A stretch of DNA of 64,000 nt from Sphyrna mokarran. Lineage: Eukaryota. How positions within the stretch are numbered: the stretch's first letter is position 1; the number at the start of each line of letters is the position of its first letter. The stretch covers positions 22,692,001-22,756,000 of the forward strand of contig JAGIQG010000024.1 of assembly GCA_024679065.1 (NCBI GenBank), given 5' to 3'. The notes beneath the pieces were generated by a model. That model was not told the origin of the DNA. It made no database searches and worked only from the letters and a program-made list of their open reading frames with translations. Both the position numbers and the translations under genes were made by a program. Of the stretch, positions 12,651 to 25,145 are shown piece by piece.

Positions 12651-13439
12651 TGGATTTGGTATTCTGATGCAGATAAAGAGAAAGAAATGCAAGACCAATT
12701 TGAACATTCCTTGTCAGGAATCTCTGAAAGTCCATGTTCTCTGGAGTAACTGGCCCCACAATGCAGAGAATTGCAACTTAAGAACATCCAACTTACAATT
12801 GGCTTCATCTTGTTTGGTGCACTGACATGTCGTACATGGAGCATAGCAAAGCTGATCTACTCTTAAAGCATTCAACCTCTTTTGAAATTACACTAGAACA
12901 TAGGGAGGGCTATTAATCCAGACTTTATTGTCTTCAGTGTGTGCATCTCCGAAAGAACAAAAAGGTCCACTTAACAAAAACTTATAAAAAATTGCTAAAA
13001 ACTGGATATTGCATCACCCGCTACAGCCACTAATCACCATGTTTTACTTCAGTGTTGATTTTGTTTAATCTCTCGCTCAGCCACCCTTTATATCAACTAT
13101 AGGAATCCAGGGCAAACTGATTCTTCTGTTATCAAAATATCTATAAAACCAAAGAAAACAATAAAATGTGTCATAATAGTTTGGAATGAAGTTTAACAAT
13201 AGGACAAATGGCAATATTTTACTCATGATTAAGCAGTCAAAGACTTGAGGATTATTGCAGCATTATAAATACAAAGATAAAACTGATCAGATGAATACTG
13301 TAACTTATAATATTTAGCATTTGTATGTGTATTTCTTTTTAATACCTACAATTGGGCTTTCAAGGTCACTTGCTTATTTAATGACGGTGGTTATTTTTAG
13401 GTTCTTCTAATGTCACACTAAACAAGAAGACAATTTTAA

Positions 13440-14163
13440 CGCTGTTAAAAAAAAAGTTTATTTATTGGTACAAGTCAGCAAATTACTGTGAAAATTCCCT
13501 AGTCGCCACACTCTGGCGTCTGTTTGAATACACTGAGGGAGGGTTTAGCATGGCCAATACACCTAACTAGCACATCTTTAGGTCTGTCGGACTAGACCAG
13601 AGCATCCAAAGGAAACCCATGCAGATAGGAGGGAAAATGCGCAGACTTCACACAAGCAGTGATCAGGGATGGGAATTCAATATGGGTCCCTGGAGCTGTG
13701 AGGCAGCAGCGTTAACCACTGTGCCACCATGCCGTCTACGTTAACTTGAAGCTAAGATTGAGTCTGTGATGTCTACGTATAAATGTGATCAAAAATTGAC
13801 CGATGAGCAATATTCTTTTGCTATCTTTTTTCACGTATTATTCAGTGATCTCTCACAGCACAAGGTCTTAAAGGCACAGGTTCCTCTAACATTTTCCCAT
13901 AGATATCCAGACCTTGTTGGATATCGTTGCCAATTGGTTCTGCTCACCTAGGCAAGTGCATGTTTGGCTTACCGAACCTTGAAAGCCCTTCCTAAAAAAT
14001 ATATATATATAAAAAAAGTAACGTCTGAGATACCTGAAGTTATAATCCAATGGAAAATATAAAATATCTGACAACTTTGCAAAAACCATGCAATAAAAGT
14101 AAAGCGTAGTCTGTTAACAAAAGCTTTTCTGTTAGTGAATGCTTGCGCTGGCCTTGTCCACCA
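13440..14163 (-). other. CLIC4: CLIC4 proximal 3' UTR (true end not determinable; may extend further left)
   Basis: Immediately follows the stop codon; U-rich on the sense strand. The first sense AATAAA I see is at 13466-13457, inside a SINE tail. Confidence 0.6.
13447..13735 (-). mobile_element. V-SINE, tail B, inside the CLIC4 3' UTR (sense orientation)
   Basis: Head cggcatggtggcacagtggttaacgctgctgcctcacagctccagggac; tail ends ...aataaataaacttttttttt. Confidence 0.85.
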
Positions 14164-14328
14164 TCACTTGGTGAGGCGTTTTGCTACATCTGCATACGCG
14201 ATTTCAATTTCTTTGTCTCCGGGGCACGTGTTTGTGAATTCATCCCTGGTGTAAGCATTCTGCAGGTATCGCCAGATTCCCGTCATGGATTTGGGAATGT
14301 CAAAGTTCCGATATTTCTTTGCGACAAC
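14164..14328 (-). CDS. CLIC4: CLIC4 terminal coding exon (equivalent to human exon 6), 165 bp to the TGA stop
   Basis: Translates [54 protein letters not shown]; the C-terminus ...VAKRLTK matches CLIC4 rather than CLIC5/6; acceptor ttcttttggtAG. Confidence 0.97.
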   Translation of the reverse strand, partial: VVAKKYRNFDIPKSMTGIWRYLQNAYTRDEFTNTCPGDKEIEIAYADVAKRLTK

Positions 14329-14699
14329 CTACCAAAAGAAAAGAACTTGCATTTATATATTGCTTTATCATATCAGGACAGCCACAGAGTTTTTTTAAAA
14401 AAAGGCATAAAATGATTAAATCTCATTTGTATTTTTTTATCATTTACTTATTTGTGATATGTTCTGTGTCTTGTGAACTTGAAATGATGATTATTTCAGA
14501 GTCAATGTCATCAGGTGTCAAATATATAAGCCTCGTGGTCTACTTAAGTTCCATGATAACATTGAGTGGGATTTTCCATCCACGCTTGCCCCAAGACTGG
14601 AAAATCTCGCGCGAGGTCAACACACCTTTGCGTGGTTCATGTCCTATCCATTTTGGTTCCCATGGCAGACAGGATAATTCTTTTTTATACTAAAATTGG

Positions 14700-15235
14700 A
14701 AGTCAAAGAACTGTACAGCACAGGATCAGGTCCTTCAGCCCACCAAGCCAGCGCTGATCACGTTGTCCTATCCAGACTAATCGCCTGCATCCCTCTATTC
14801 CCCTTTCTGTTCATATGTCTATCCAGATGAGTCTTAAATGTCGCTGATGTATCTGCCTCATTTGGCAGTGCATTCCAGGCCACTACCACGCACTGCGTAA
14901 AAAAACTTTCCCCACACATTTTTACTAAACCTTTCCCCCCCCTTATCTTGAACTTGTGCCCCCTTGTATTTGTCATTTCTGCCCCGGGAAAAAGCTTCCA
15001 ACTCTTCAATCTATCTAACCTTTAAACTTATAAACTTCTATCAAGTCGCCCCTCAGCCATCGTCTTCCCAGGGAGAACAATCCCAGGCTATTCAATCTCT
15101 CCTCATAGCTAATATCCTCCATACTAGGCAACATCCTAGTAAATCTTTTCTGTATTCTCCCAAAACCTCCATGTCTTTCTGATAGTCTAGTGACCAGAAC
15201 TGGACACAGCATTCCAAATGTGGTCTAACCAACAA
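14700..15235 (-). mobile_element. CR1 LINE 3' fragment
   Basis: ORF-track pieces LLVRPHLECCVQFWS, RIQKRFTRMLPSMEDISYEERLNSLGLFSLGRRWLRGDLIEVYK and TRGHKFKIRG...FFTQCVVVAWNALP are frameshifted CR1 ORF2. Confidence 0.92.
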
Positions 15236-15429
15236 TGATGAATTTGCTTCACACGCTCCATTGTAAATTAAAGAAAATAGTGAATACAAGAGAGTGATTA
15301 CAAGGCCATTGTTTTATCTCTAGGTTCTGGACGGCCATCATCTGGACTGCTTAAGGAGATGGTTATGATTTACGATTGTCCCCTGTTATTTTAATAAATT
15401 CTGAAAGGATCAGGATTTTTACAAAAGAT

Positions 15430-16720
15430 AGGGGTTCATGGTCGGGGTAATACATCAGCATGAACAGAGGATTGGTAAATATCAGAAGGCAAGTGCTGCA
15501 AGGACTAGTGCTTAAGCCTTAGCTAGTTACAATCTATGACGATGACTTAGATGATGGGACAGAGTGTAAAATATACAGGTTCATTATTAAACTATGTTAG
15601 TTCAGGGTGTAAACTGTGAGGAGGATGCAAATGGATAAAGACTAGCTTGATTGGCTAGATTGGACAAAATGATGGCAGATGGAGTATCATGTAGGGAAAT
15701 GTAAGGTTATTGACTTTGGGCATAAGTAAAAAAGCAGAATCTTTTAAATGGTGAGAAATGTTTAAATATTGATCTTCAGAGTGATGGAAGTATTCTTGGG
15801 TAAGAAACACAAAAAGGTAGTTTGCAGATATGGGTACAGCATCTGGAAAGACAAGTAGTATGTTTTTATTGCAAGGGGATTGCAATATAAAGGATGAAAG
15901 TTTTGCTACAATATTTTGTGTGTTTTGTTGCAATTACATCTGAGGTGCCACATACATTTTGGTCTTCTCACCAAAGGAAGAATATATCTGCCTTGATCAG
16001 AATGCAAAGTTTCAAGTTTATTTATTCGTGTCAGAAGTAGGCTTACATTAACATTGAAGTGAAGTTTGTATGGCCACACTCCAGCCCCTGTTCAGGTACA
16101 CCAAGGGAGAATTTTAGCATGGCTAAAAATGAATGCACGTAACCAGCACATCTTTTCGACTGTGGGAGGAAACAGAAGGAAACCCATGCAGACACAGAGA
16201 GCACGTGCAGACTCTACAATAGGCCGTGAACCAAGCCAGGAATCGAATCGATGTCCCTGGCACTGTGAGGCTCATTGATTGATCCCTGGGATCAGAAGTG
16301 TAAACTATGGGCACAGAATAGAAATTGGCCTATACTTTCTGGCATTTAGAAGAATGAAAGATAATCAAAATGAAATATAAAATTATTTGAGGACAGATGG
16401 TGAGATGATCTTTTCTCTGGCTGGAAGCTTCAGAACTAAAGACCGTATACTCGCAACATACAGATCAGGTAAGGTCTTAGACGGGGAGAAATTTCCTCAA
16501 CTTAGAGGATTGTTAGTCTTTAGAATTATCTCCTCTGATGACATGGAGATGAGTATTTTTAAATGTTTGACAGCGTTTTGGGCACAAAGGGAATCAAAGA
16601 AAAGAAGCAAATGTGGGAAAGTGGAATTGATATGGATAATTGACCATGATCTGACTGAATGGCACAGCAAGACTCAAAGTGCTGAGTGAATTGGCTCCTG
16701 CACCCATTTCTTGTGTCCTG
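15430..16720 (+). mobile_element. Old CR1 LINE fragment interrupted by a tail-B V-SINE (about 16008-16276, minus)
   Basis: Degenerate RT region (…DDLDDG…, WQMEYHVGKCKV) followed by the CR1 C-terminus; the SINE splits it between 'aatgcaaag' and 'tcattgattgatccctggg'. Confidence 0.7.
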
Positions 16721-19149
16721 AATGGTACCACCTCTGTGTTTCTGTTCAACTAAAAATGTTAATAGTTGCAACATCTGCCCTTCACAGATGGGATCTGGTT
16801 ATCAGCATAAAATTTTACATATGTAAAACATTTACTGATTACTACAGCCTCAAGTGGAGTAAAGCAGCATGTTGTATAAAGGCAGCTACAATAACAAAGT
16901 TGTCAGCTTGACAATTTCTGATATAGGAGGATCTCACTAAACTGTTTTGATATTTCCTCTCTTTGCTTATTTTTAATTTGATAACAGAGTGGCTCAGGAT
17001 GTGAAAGTGTTAGTATTTAGGGTTGGATTATCATCCGTGAGGCAGATACCAGGAGCTGAGAGAATTCCTGTCTTGCCTTGCCCGCTTGAGGGATAAGTGC
17101 TCATAAGTACAGGATTTTCGTTATCGGCAGGCAGGTGTAGGCTGTGGTTGGGTCGGCCAGCCTGGGGAAAAGGTCACAAACAGCTGCAGAAGCTAGTGGG
17201 TGTGAAGGCATACTATTTAAAAGTCCACCTCTGTGCTGTGAAACTTGTTAATTATTAAAACACAAATTGAAAAGCCTAGCATCCTTCGCAACCTCCCACA
17301 CAATTCATATGTCTCATCAATGCCACCCACATTCCATCCCCACTCTCTATGGCTCCTCATGCCCTGTGTTAGCTCAATGATCCTTCATGATCTGCATGCC
17401 AAGCTGTGACTCCTATCTATCCCTGATGGCTCCTCAAACCCAATGCCAAGCTATAGCAGATTTGTGTCCATTCTATGCACTGCACAGAAGCAATGAATCC
17501 TACAGTGATTGTAGGATGTGCAAAAAACATTTTAAAAATTCATTGATAATTTTCCAATTAGAAATACATTTATTTTACTACAACTCAATAAGTGTCCATT
17601 ATCCAGATACTTTAAAGCATCAATAGCAGAAACTGCAAGCATGTTTTGCTAGAAAAAAAAAGTGATTGACTCTTAATTATCTTCTGAAATGGCCAGATAG
17701 GTCAACCAATTCAAGGGTACATTAGGAATGGACAACACATACTAGCCTTGTCAGCCTCGTCACATCCCACAAACAAAATAAAATGAATCAAATTCTTTCT
17801 TACTTTGATAAATATTGTGAAATTGACAGCATAGATCAGGCAGCCAAAGCTGTCAGCTAGCTCTGGCGTTTCGGAAGACTGATGATTTCTAGGACCTCAG
17901 CCAAGCCTCTATTTATTTTTGGCTCAGAGCTCAGACACTCATTAGAGTCCTCAAACACCAGGGAAAACATTACTTGACTGACACCTCTGGATTTTAGATT
18001 CACTTTGGTCAATTTCATAGACCATGATTCTATTGGCCTGCACTACACCAATTGGAGAGCCCCAATGTTCATAAGGGGAAGGGGATGCCAGTGAGATATC
18101 TCCCATCACTGGGAGATCAAGTCACCTGCACAACAGCGCCCCTAGAACGCAGCAGCAGGCTTCACCATCGAAGGCGCCATACTCACCCCCTACTGGCGAG
18201 AATCGCATCCTGGCGCTTTTTCTTTACTAACTACCACATGATAAGACTGGGAGCTCACCCAAAACATCAATGCAATTCTCTTTTGTTTTCTCATTCAGCA
18301 CTTGGATATGGGGAACCGCGTTTCTTTAAAAAGCTGACCAGAGTACATGAAAATTATGGAATATTAGCACATGATCCATCCCCACTGGATTGAGATGACC
18401 AGGCTGGGAGAATACAATGCAGACTCATGACTCAAACAAAACTGTATCCTTAAAAGGCACTCCTGAAAATGGGATCAGGAATATTAGAATCGGATCTGGG
18501 TTGCCATTTTTAAGAAGTTTTCAAATCATCTGGACCCGGTGAAAATCCAGCCCCAACTGACAGAGGGAATAAGAAGTCTTATGGGGTTAACTTTCCTCCC
18601 TCATTCTGGCAGTCAACAGTCCGGCTTCCCACACCAAGCTGGCAGGGTCCTTTTTAAACTTGCAGACTGGAATCTAATGCAAGCACTGAGCCTGCTCTGC
18701 CCTTCTAATGGGAGGCTTGAGCATGGGAACAATGGGAGTTTCCCAGCCTGAGCAAACTTGCCAGGAGCTGGAGCATGGATCAGAACAGGAGAGGTGTAGG
18801 TAGCTAAAATTTGTTTAAAAGAAACGGATTTTGCTTTTCTGTTGGACTCAGGAGCAGAATTGCTAAGCTTGGGAAACCATTTCACCTCAACACAAACACA
18901 CAAGATGTATTTGAAGATGGTCCAAGTGCAGGTCAGTGGGACTTGGCAAAAAAAATGGTTTGGCACAGACAAGAAGGGCCAAAAGTTTCTGAGCTGTAAT
19001 TTTCTATGGTTCTATGTATAAGATGGCAAAACAATGTGCCATATTGTTCTGGATCACCTGGTCTTGCACTGAATGCTTTCTCATTTACTTTCTTTGCCGA
19101 CACCTAGATGGCAAATTGGGTTCTAACATAATGTAAAGTAATGAGGTAC

Positions 19150-19331
19150 CTTGACAATGTGAAGCTTCGGCAGCAGGTTACAGTCTGCTAGTGTCATCTC
19201 ATTTCCATCCAGAAACTTGCGGTTGGAAGCCTTGATGTCCTCCATGCTGTCCGCATCGATCTCTTCAGGGAGGGGCGTGTTCAAATACTCATCCAGCTTC
19301 TGCAGTGTTTTCAGCAGGCCTTTCTCAAGAG
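19150..19331 (-). CDS. CLIC4: CLIC4 internal coding exon (equivalent to human exon 5), 182 bp
   Basis: Translates (A)[60 protein letters not shown]; ...cccatAG acceptor, GTacct donor; carries the CLIC/GST-C signature [18 protein letters not shown]. Confidence 0.98.
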
Positions 19332-19621
19332 CTATGGGGATAAAACACAAACAGTGCATTCCAATGAAACAGTGGTGACTGATCCATCAAAATCCAAGTT
19401 TACAATAGAGAAAGCCTAATCTTGGCCTCAAGAGCTCAAATATCCTCATTAAACATTGCAGTGCCTCTGTTCCAACACACACTCTTTAAAACCGACGTCT
19501 AGATTTTTGACCAGCTGTTCTTCACGTTGCTCTGGTCAAGTTTTGTGTGGTAATAGTCCAGTGAAGTTTATTGGGATTTTTATTTTTCAAGAGTGCTTTC
19601 TTCTTGAATAACGTAACCAGT

Positions 19622-19852
19622 TTCACAGAATCCCTCCAGTGCACAAGCAGGCCATTGGGTCCATTGAGCCTACACTGACAACAGTTCCACCCAGGCCCTA
19701 TCCCTGTAAGCCCAGGTATTTATCCTGCTAATCACCCTGACACTAAGGGCAATTTAGCATTGTCAATCAATCCCAACTTTTTCAGAATGTGAAAGGAAAC
19801 CGGAGCACCCAGAGGAAACCAATGCAGCCATGGGGAGAACACAAATCCCACA
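19622..19852 (-). mobile_element. V-SINE (HE1-like), head-truncated
   Basis: cacagaatccctccagtgcac...acactaagggcaatttagcat...ggaaaccggagcacccagaggaaacc. Confidence 0.8.
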
Positions 19853-20734
19853 CAGCTGGCTGAGGGGAATGATTCTATTGTGGCCACGTACAGCTCCTCT
19901 ACACCTATCTTTTGTTTCATTTATTGTCACAATACCATCCCCATTTGCCTTATACCATCATTCCTGTTGCCCTATCACTGCTGCCTTCATCCTATCACAG
20001 ACCTTCCCTTTTACCATTTCATACTCTCTCCCTTGCCCTGTCTCTGTATTTGGTCAGAACCAGTTGAATTCTCAATTTTCCAGTTCCAAAAGAGCACCAC
20101 AGACTGAACCATTGAGGTTGGAATTTTACTGTGGGATTTCCCCATCCTGCAGCAGCGAATGGAGATTTGGCTGGGTGCCAAATTCCCTGACCTCACCGCA
20201 GCACGAATGTGGCTTGAACGGCTAGCAAGATCGCAACCTTACTCTTCATCTCTCTCCACAGACGATGCCAGAGTTGCCTCTACATTTATAATGGATGAAA
20301 TAGTTTTTAAAAAGAGTAGCCCATCCTATTGGAAGTAGACTGCACTCTCTTCTGTACCTCTGAGTGAACATTGACTCGTACTCCATCTGCATCGGATGTT
20401 TGCAGTCAAAATTACCAGCACCAGGCCATTTAAACTACTCCTACATGAAACAGAAATCAAAGCATATACTATCTGAAGTGGTACATAATGTTTTCATAAT
20501 TTCAGTCAATGTTTTACTGGCAAAGTTTTATTATGGATATATTGTATTCATCTTACAGTCAACAGGATATATGAGCTCAAAAAGCAATTAAGTGTACTTT
20601 GACAGAGAAAGAGAGAGAGAGGGCGGGGGTGGGGAAGATGGCACAGCAGGGTATTTGTGAAGAAAATAGAAGGTTTGGTTGCAACATTATATTTTATCTT
20701 ATGGTCATTTCCTGCTTCCAATATAACGTAAGGA

Positions 20735-21320
20735 TAGTCACAGAATCATACAATGCAGAAGATGCCTTTTGGCCGATTTAATTCACATTAACACATTAGA
20801 AATACGTGAATTCTCATCTAATCCCACTTGCCAGCACTAGGCACACCATAACATTCAGGACCTTGGGCCAAGTGCTCATTCAGGTACTTTTTTTTAAAAA
20901 AAGTATGTGAGGCAACTTGTCTCCATCGCCCTCCCAGGCAACATTTTCCAGACCTCTGGATAAAAAGGTTTTTCTGCACATTCCCTCCTAAACCTTCTGC
21001 CCCTCACCTTCAGCTCATGTCTTCATGACTGACCTTTAGCTAAGGGAACATCTGCTCCATATCCCTCAATCTTGTACACCTCGATCAGGTTACCCCTCAG
21101 TCTTCTCTACTCCAACAAAAACAACCCAAGCCTACCCAACCCCTCTTCATAACTTAACTTATGGGACACCACCTTACTAACATACCCTTCAACCATCAAG
21201 ATCTGTGGACAAACACGCCAAGGCCCCTTTGTTCTCAGAACTTCCTAGTGCCCTATCATTCATTGAATACTTCCTTGTCAAATTACTCCTTCCAAAGTGA
21301 ATGACCTTACATTTTTTAAA
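20735..21320 (-). mobile_element. CR1 LINE 3' fragment
   Basis: Minus strand: tatgaagaggggttgggtaggcttgggttgttt...agactgaggggtaacctgatcgaggtgtacaag (RLRGNLIEVYK); tail gtatgattctgtgacta. Confidence 0.8.
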
Positions 21321-21709
21321 CAATGACCTGTTCACAGATTGAGTTTCTAAAGGTGACAAATATAGCTATTCATTTATCACTGATGTACACGTGGACTATA
21401 CATAGTATGGGCAAGATTTTCCAGCCTTGCTTGTCCTGAAACAGGAAAATCCCACCTGAGGTCAACAGACCTTTCCATGGAACCCTTGCTCCCTCCGATT
21501 CCTGTGATGGATGGAATAGTAAAATTCCAGGCTATACCGTTGCCCCAAACTGTCCTTCCGATCTGCCAACTTCATGTTTCAATCTCTGGAATCAGAAGCC
21601 CATTCCAGCCATGGCACTGAAACTGCTTTAATTAAAAGTAATGAATGACATGCCGTATGATCACAATACACTACCTCTCCTCATCTATCTGTTCTACTAG
21701 CTTTTATAT

Positions 21710-22115
21710 AATGAATGGTAGCATAGATAATGTGATCCGTATTAGTAATACAGAGATCCAGACTATTTTCCAAAGTCCTGAATTCAATTACAATCATGGC
21801 AGCTGGTAAACTTTAATTTAATAAATAAATCTGGAATAAAATGCTGGGATCATTGGTAATGGTCATGGAGCTATCAGATTGATGTAAATAACTGTTTGGC
21901 ACAGTAATATCCTTCAGCCAAGGACATCTGATATCCTGTCTCAGATTAGCCTATAAGGGACTTCAGATCCACAGCAATGTGGTTAATTTTTAACTGGCCT
22001 TTGAAATGGCCTAGCAAGCCCCTCAGTTGTAGGCTCACCACCATCTACTGGGGGGCAATTAGGAATGGGCAATAAATGTTGCCAATTCCAGTGACACCCA
22101 CATCTTAAAAACAAA
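21710..22115 (+). mobile_element. tRNA-derived SINE with 'gggcaataaatg' tail
   Basis: Same core (ccttcag..aaggacatctg, ccacagcaatgtggttaat) and tail as 2578-2934. Confidence 0.65.
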
Positions 22116-22220
22116 CTGAAATGCCTCACTATTCTCTTCCAATGCCTTTCCCCTGTACTGCAGCTCAGTCAGACTGTCTTCATTTGGTTAAACTTTACAC
22201 AATGATAGCAAGCACACCTC

Positions 22221-22440
22221 TGTAATGACTTTAATCAGGTAATTGGGGTGACCTGTTAGAATATGAATTCCCTGATTAACGGCCAAATTGATGGACCAAT
22301 TAAGGAGCCTCTTGCTTTGTATTTTCCCAGACGTGTCATTTCCTCTGGGATTCCTAGTGCAGACAGCGAACCGAAAGCACTCCGTAGCCAGTTGTCAGAG
22401 ATTTTAGTGAAGGGACTTCTGTCTCTGAGGATTTAGTGCA
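22221..22440 (+). mobile_element. Solo LTR related to 1905-2163
   Basis: TG...CA ends; flanks ACCTC/ACCTT (4/5 TSD); shares aatatgaa.tccctgatt.a.ggccaaattgatgg and gtgaagggacttc with the reverse complement of 1905-2163. Confidence 0.7.
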
Positions 22441-22569
22441 ACCTTCACCAAATTTTGATCAAATTTTCAGTGATCTTTCCTCATTGCTTTTTTTTTGCTC
22501 AGTGCTGATTCTTTTGTCAATTATGCTTGTAATATGCTTCGTTATTCTATGAATAAAGTGCTGACAGTG

Positions 22570-22872
22570 ATAGCTTTTTTCCTAGGATGGAGAAAGCTAG
22601 CACAAGGGGACATAGCTTCAAATTAAGGGGTGGTGGTTATAGGACAGATGTCAGAGGTAGGTTCTTTACCCAGAGGGTGGTAAGAGTATGGAATGCCCTG
22701 CCTGCTGCAGTTGTAGATGCGCCAAGTTTGGTGGCGTTTAAGAGGTTAGTAGAGAAGTTTATGGATGAAAAGGGAATGATTAGGTTAGAGGGTCATTGCT
22801 TTTTCTTAATTGGTCGGCGCAACATTGAAGGCCGAAGGGCCTGTTCTGCGCTGTAATGCTCTATGTTCTATG
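22570..22872 (+). mobile_element. CR1 LINE extreme 3' end (relatively young)
   Basis: ORF 22587-22856: TRGHSFKLRGGGYRTDVRGRFFTQRVVRVWNALP; tail gaaggccgaagggcctgttctgcgctgtaatgctctatgttctatg. Confidence 0.92.
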
Positions 22873-23559
22873 AATAGGTACAAATTGTTCATGGAAATTC
22901 TAAAGTACAGGCTTTCACTGAAAATATAGAAATTTGTCATTCATTAATGTTCTTTAGAGAAGGAAGTCTGCCATCCTTACTTGGTCTGGCCTGCAATGTG
23001 GCTCCAGAGCCACAGCGATGTGATTGACTCTCAACTGCCCTCCAAAATGACCTAGCACGCCCCTCAGTTTTATCAATCGTTCTCGCAGCATTGTGGGTCA
23101 ACCCACAGTACGTGGACTGCAGCATTTCAAGGCAGCAGCTCACTACCACCTTCTCAAGGCTAACACAGGCTGGGCAATAAATGCTGACCAGCCAATGATG
23201 CCCATGTCCCATGAATGAACAAAATAAAACTAAATCTCAAGGCAAATGTAGCGTTAGGTGTTAGTTTTAATTAGCAGACATATTCCTTAATATTTCAGAC
23301 AGATATCACCCATGCTTTACTATCCTATTGCCATGTTGCCATTTCTCTTATTAGTTTACTTATTGTATGTTCATGTGAGTTGTGTGTTTAAAGCAGCTAC
23401 AATCTCTTTGGCCAGAATTTTACTGTCCTGCCTGCCACAGGAATCAAAATGGGCGAGGGGTGGAGAATAGGAAGATCTGTTGACCCCGGGCAGAATTTTA
23501 TGGTTTCAGGATAAGTAAGGCTGTAAAATCTGGCCCTTTGTGTTGCTAGGATTTGATTT

Positions 23560-24018
23560 CTAGAGTCATAGAGGTTTACGGCATGGAAACAGGCCCTTTG
23601 GCCCAACTTGTTCATGCTACCCTTTTTTTTAAAGAAAACCCTGAGCTAATCACAATTGCTCGCATTTGGCCCATATCCCTCTATACTCATCATATCCATG
23701 TAACTATCTAAATGCTTTTTAAAAAATAAAATTGTACCTGCCTCTATTACTACCTCTGGCAGCTTGTTCCAGGTACTCCTCACCCTGTGTATGAAAAAAA
23801 ATACCTCTGGACACTTTTGTATCTCTCCCTCCTCACCTTAAAGCTATGCCCTCTAGTTTTAGACTCACATACCTTTAGGGAAAGGTATTGGCTATCTAGC
23901 TGATCTGTGCCCCTCTATTTTATAGACCTCTGAGGTCACCCCTCAAACTCCTACGCTCCAGAGAAAATAGTCCAAGTCTATTCAGCCTCTCCTTACAACT
24001 CAATCCATCAAATCCCTC
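23560..24018 (-). mobile_element. CR1 LINE 3' fragment
   Basis: Minus strand: gtaaggagaggctgaatagacttggactattttctctggagcgtagg ([14 protein letters not shown]); tail aagggcctgtttccatgccgtaaacctctatgactcta. Confidence 0.85.
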
Positions 24019-24939
24019 ATTCACAATCCACTCACTATTTCTCAGCTGCCCACAGTGATTGGTGTTATGAACGTGGGTTTTTTACTTAGAGACAAGTCAT
24101 TGTTCCTCTTGTACATCTGATGACAACCCAAAGTGACATACCTAAAGTAGTACACGTGTCCAGAACCAAACAATGAATAAAATATGCAGCATTGCAGCTG
24201 TCTGCCTCTGTTTATTCAGAACTCCACCAATTCTACCCACTGTGATTCAAGTACTGGGGGAAGTTGTAGCAAGAGGAGGGAAACTGGCTGCTGGAATCAG
24301 CAACAAGAAGTGTAATCTGACCTCAAGCCATTATTGAAAGTAGGACTGATTTTGGGCACCGTACATTAATTATAATCAAACAAATACTTCATTTGGCATC
24401 GCTTACATTTGTGAACTCATTCTGCCAATCAATACTGGGCTCAGCACTACTCCTTGAAGATAGGCAGTGTCTACAGAGATTACATTTGAGCCATTCATCT
24501 GGTTAGTGCTGATATACACGTCATGAAAACATTCATTTGCTGTGTTTTTATGATACAGTTCATGTTGTTTCAATGTCATATTACATCAAAATGATGAAGA
24601 GTGTGATTTGACCTTGAAAGCCTTAAGTGCAGGAGAAAAAGTACATTCTCCAGCAAACAATCTGCAGAGAAATTTATTCTTTAAATAATGAAAAGCAATG
24701 TATTTTCTTCTCCCCCCATCCAGCTGTACTGCACTGCAGAAGAATGGTGTAATTGTGCTTTATCAGCAGGACTCAGTGCCTGTGTAGATTGCCCATGAAA
24801 GACGAGAATTGGCGTTTAAAAGTGACAATTTTACATAAACAGAATCCTACTCAGATAGCCCCAGACTACCATATCTTTCAGACAGATCTTCCAAAAGAGG
24901 AAGCATCTGACATCAACTTTCTGATATTCGTGGAATTGT

Positions 24940-25145
24940 CATTGTTTATTAATCACAGCAGGTTTACATTAACACTGCAATGAAGTTAGTGTGACAATCC
25001 CCAAGTCACCACACTCTAGCACTTACTCATATACACTGAGAACATGCAGACTCCGCACAGACAATGACCCAAACCAGGGATTGAACCCATGGCCCTGGTG
25101 CTGTGAGACAGCAGCACTAACTGCTGTGCCACTGTGCTGCACCAT
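24940..25145 (-). mobile_element. V-SINE, tail B, internally deleted
   Basis: Head joined to tail B with the V-domain (gggtttcc...cacagtcc) missing. Confidence 0.75.

Noticed and set aside
19123-19359. ORF-track 78-aa protein as a standalone gene
   Set aside because: It is a CLIC4 exon plus intronic read-through; the true boundaries are 19150-19331. The same applies to 32254-32529.
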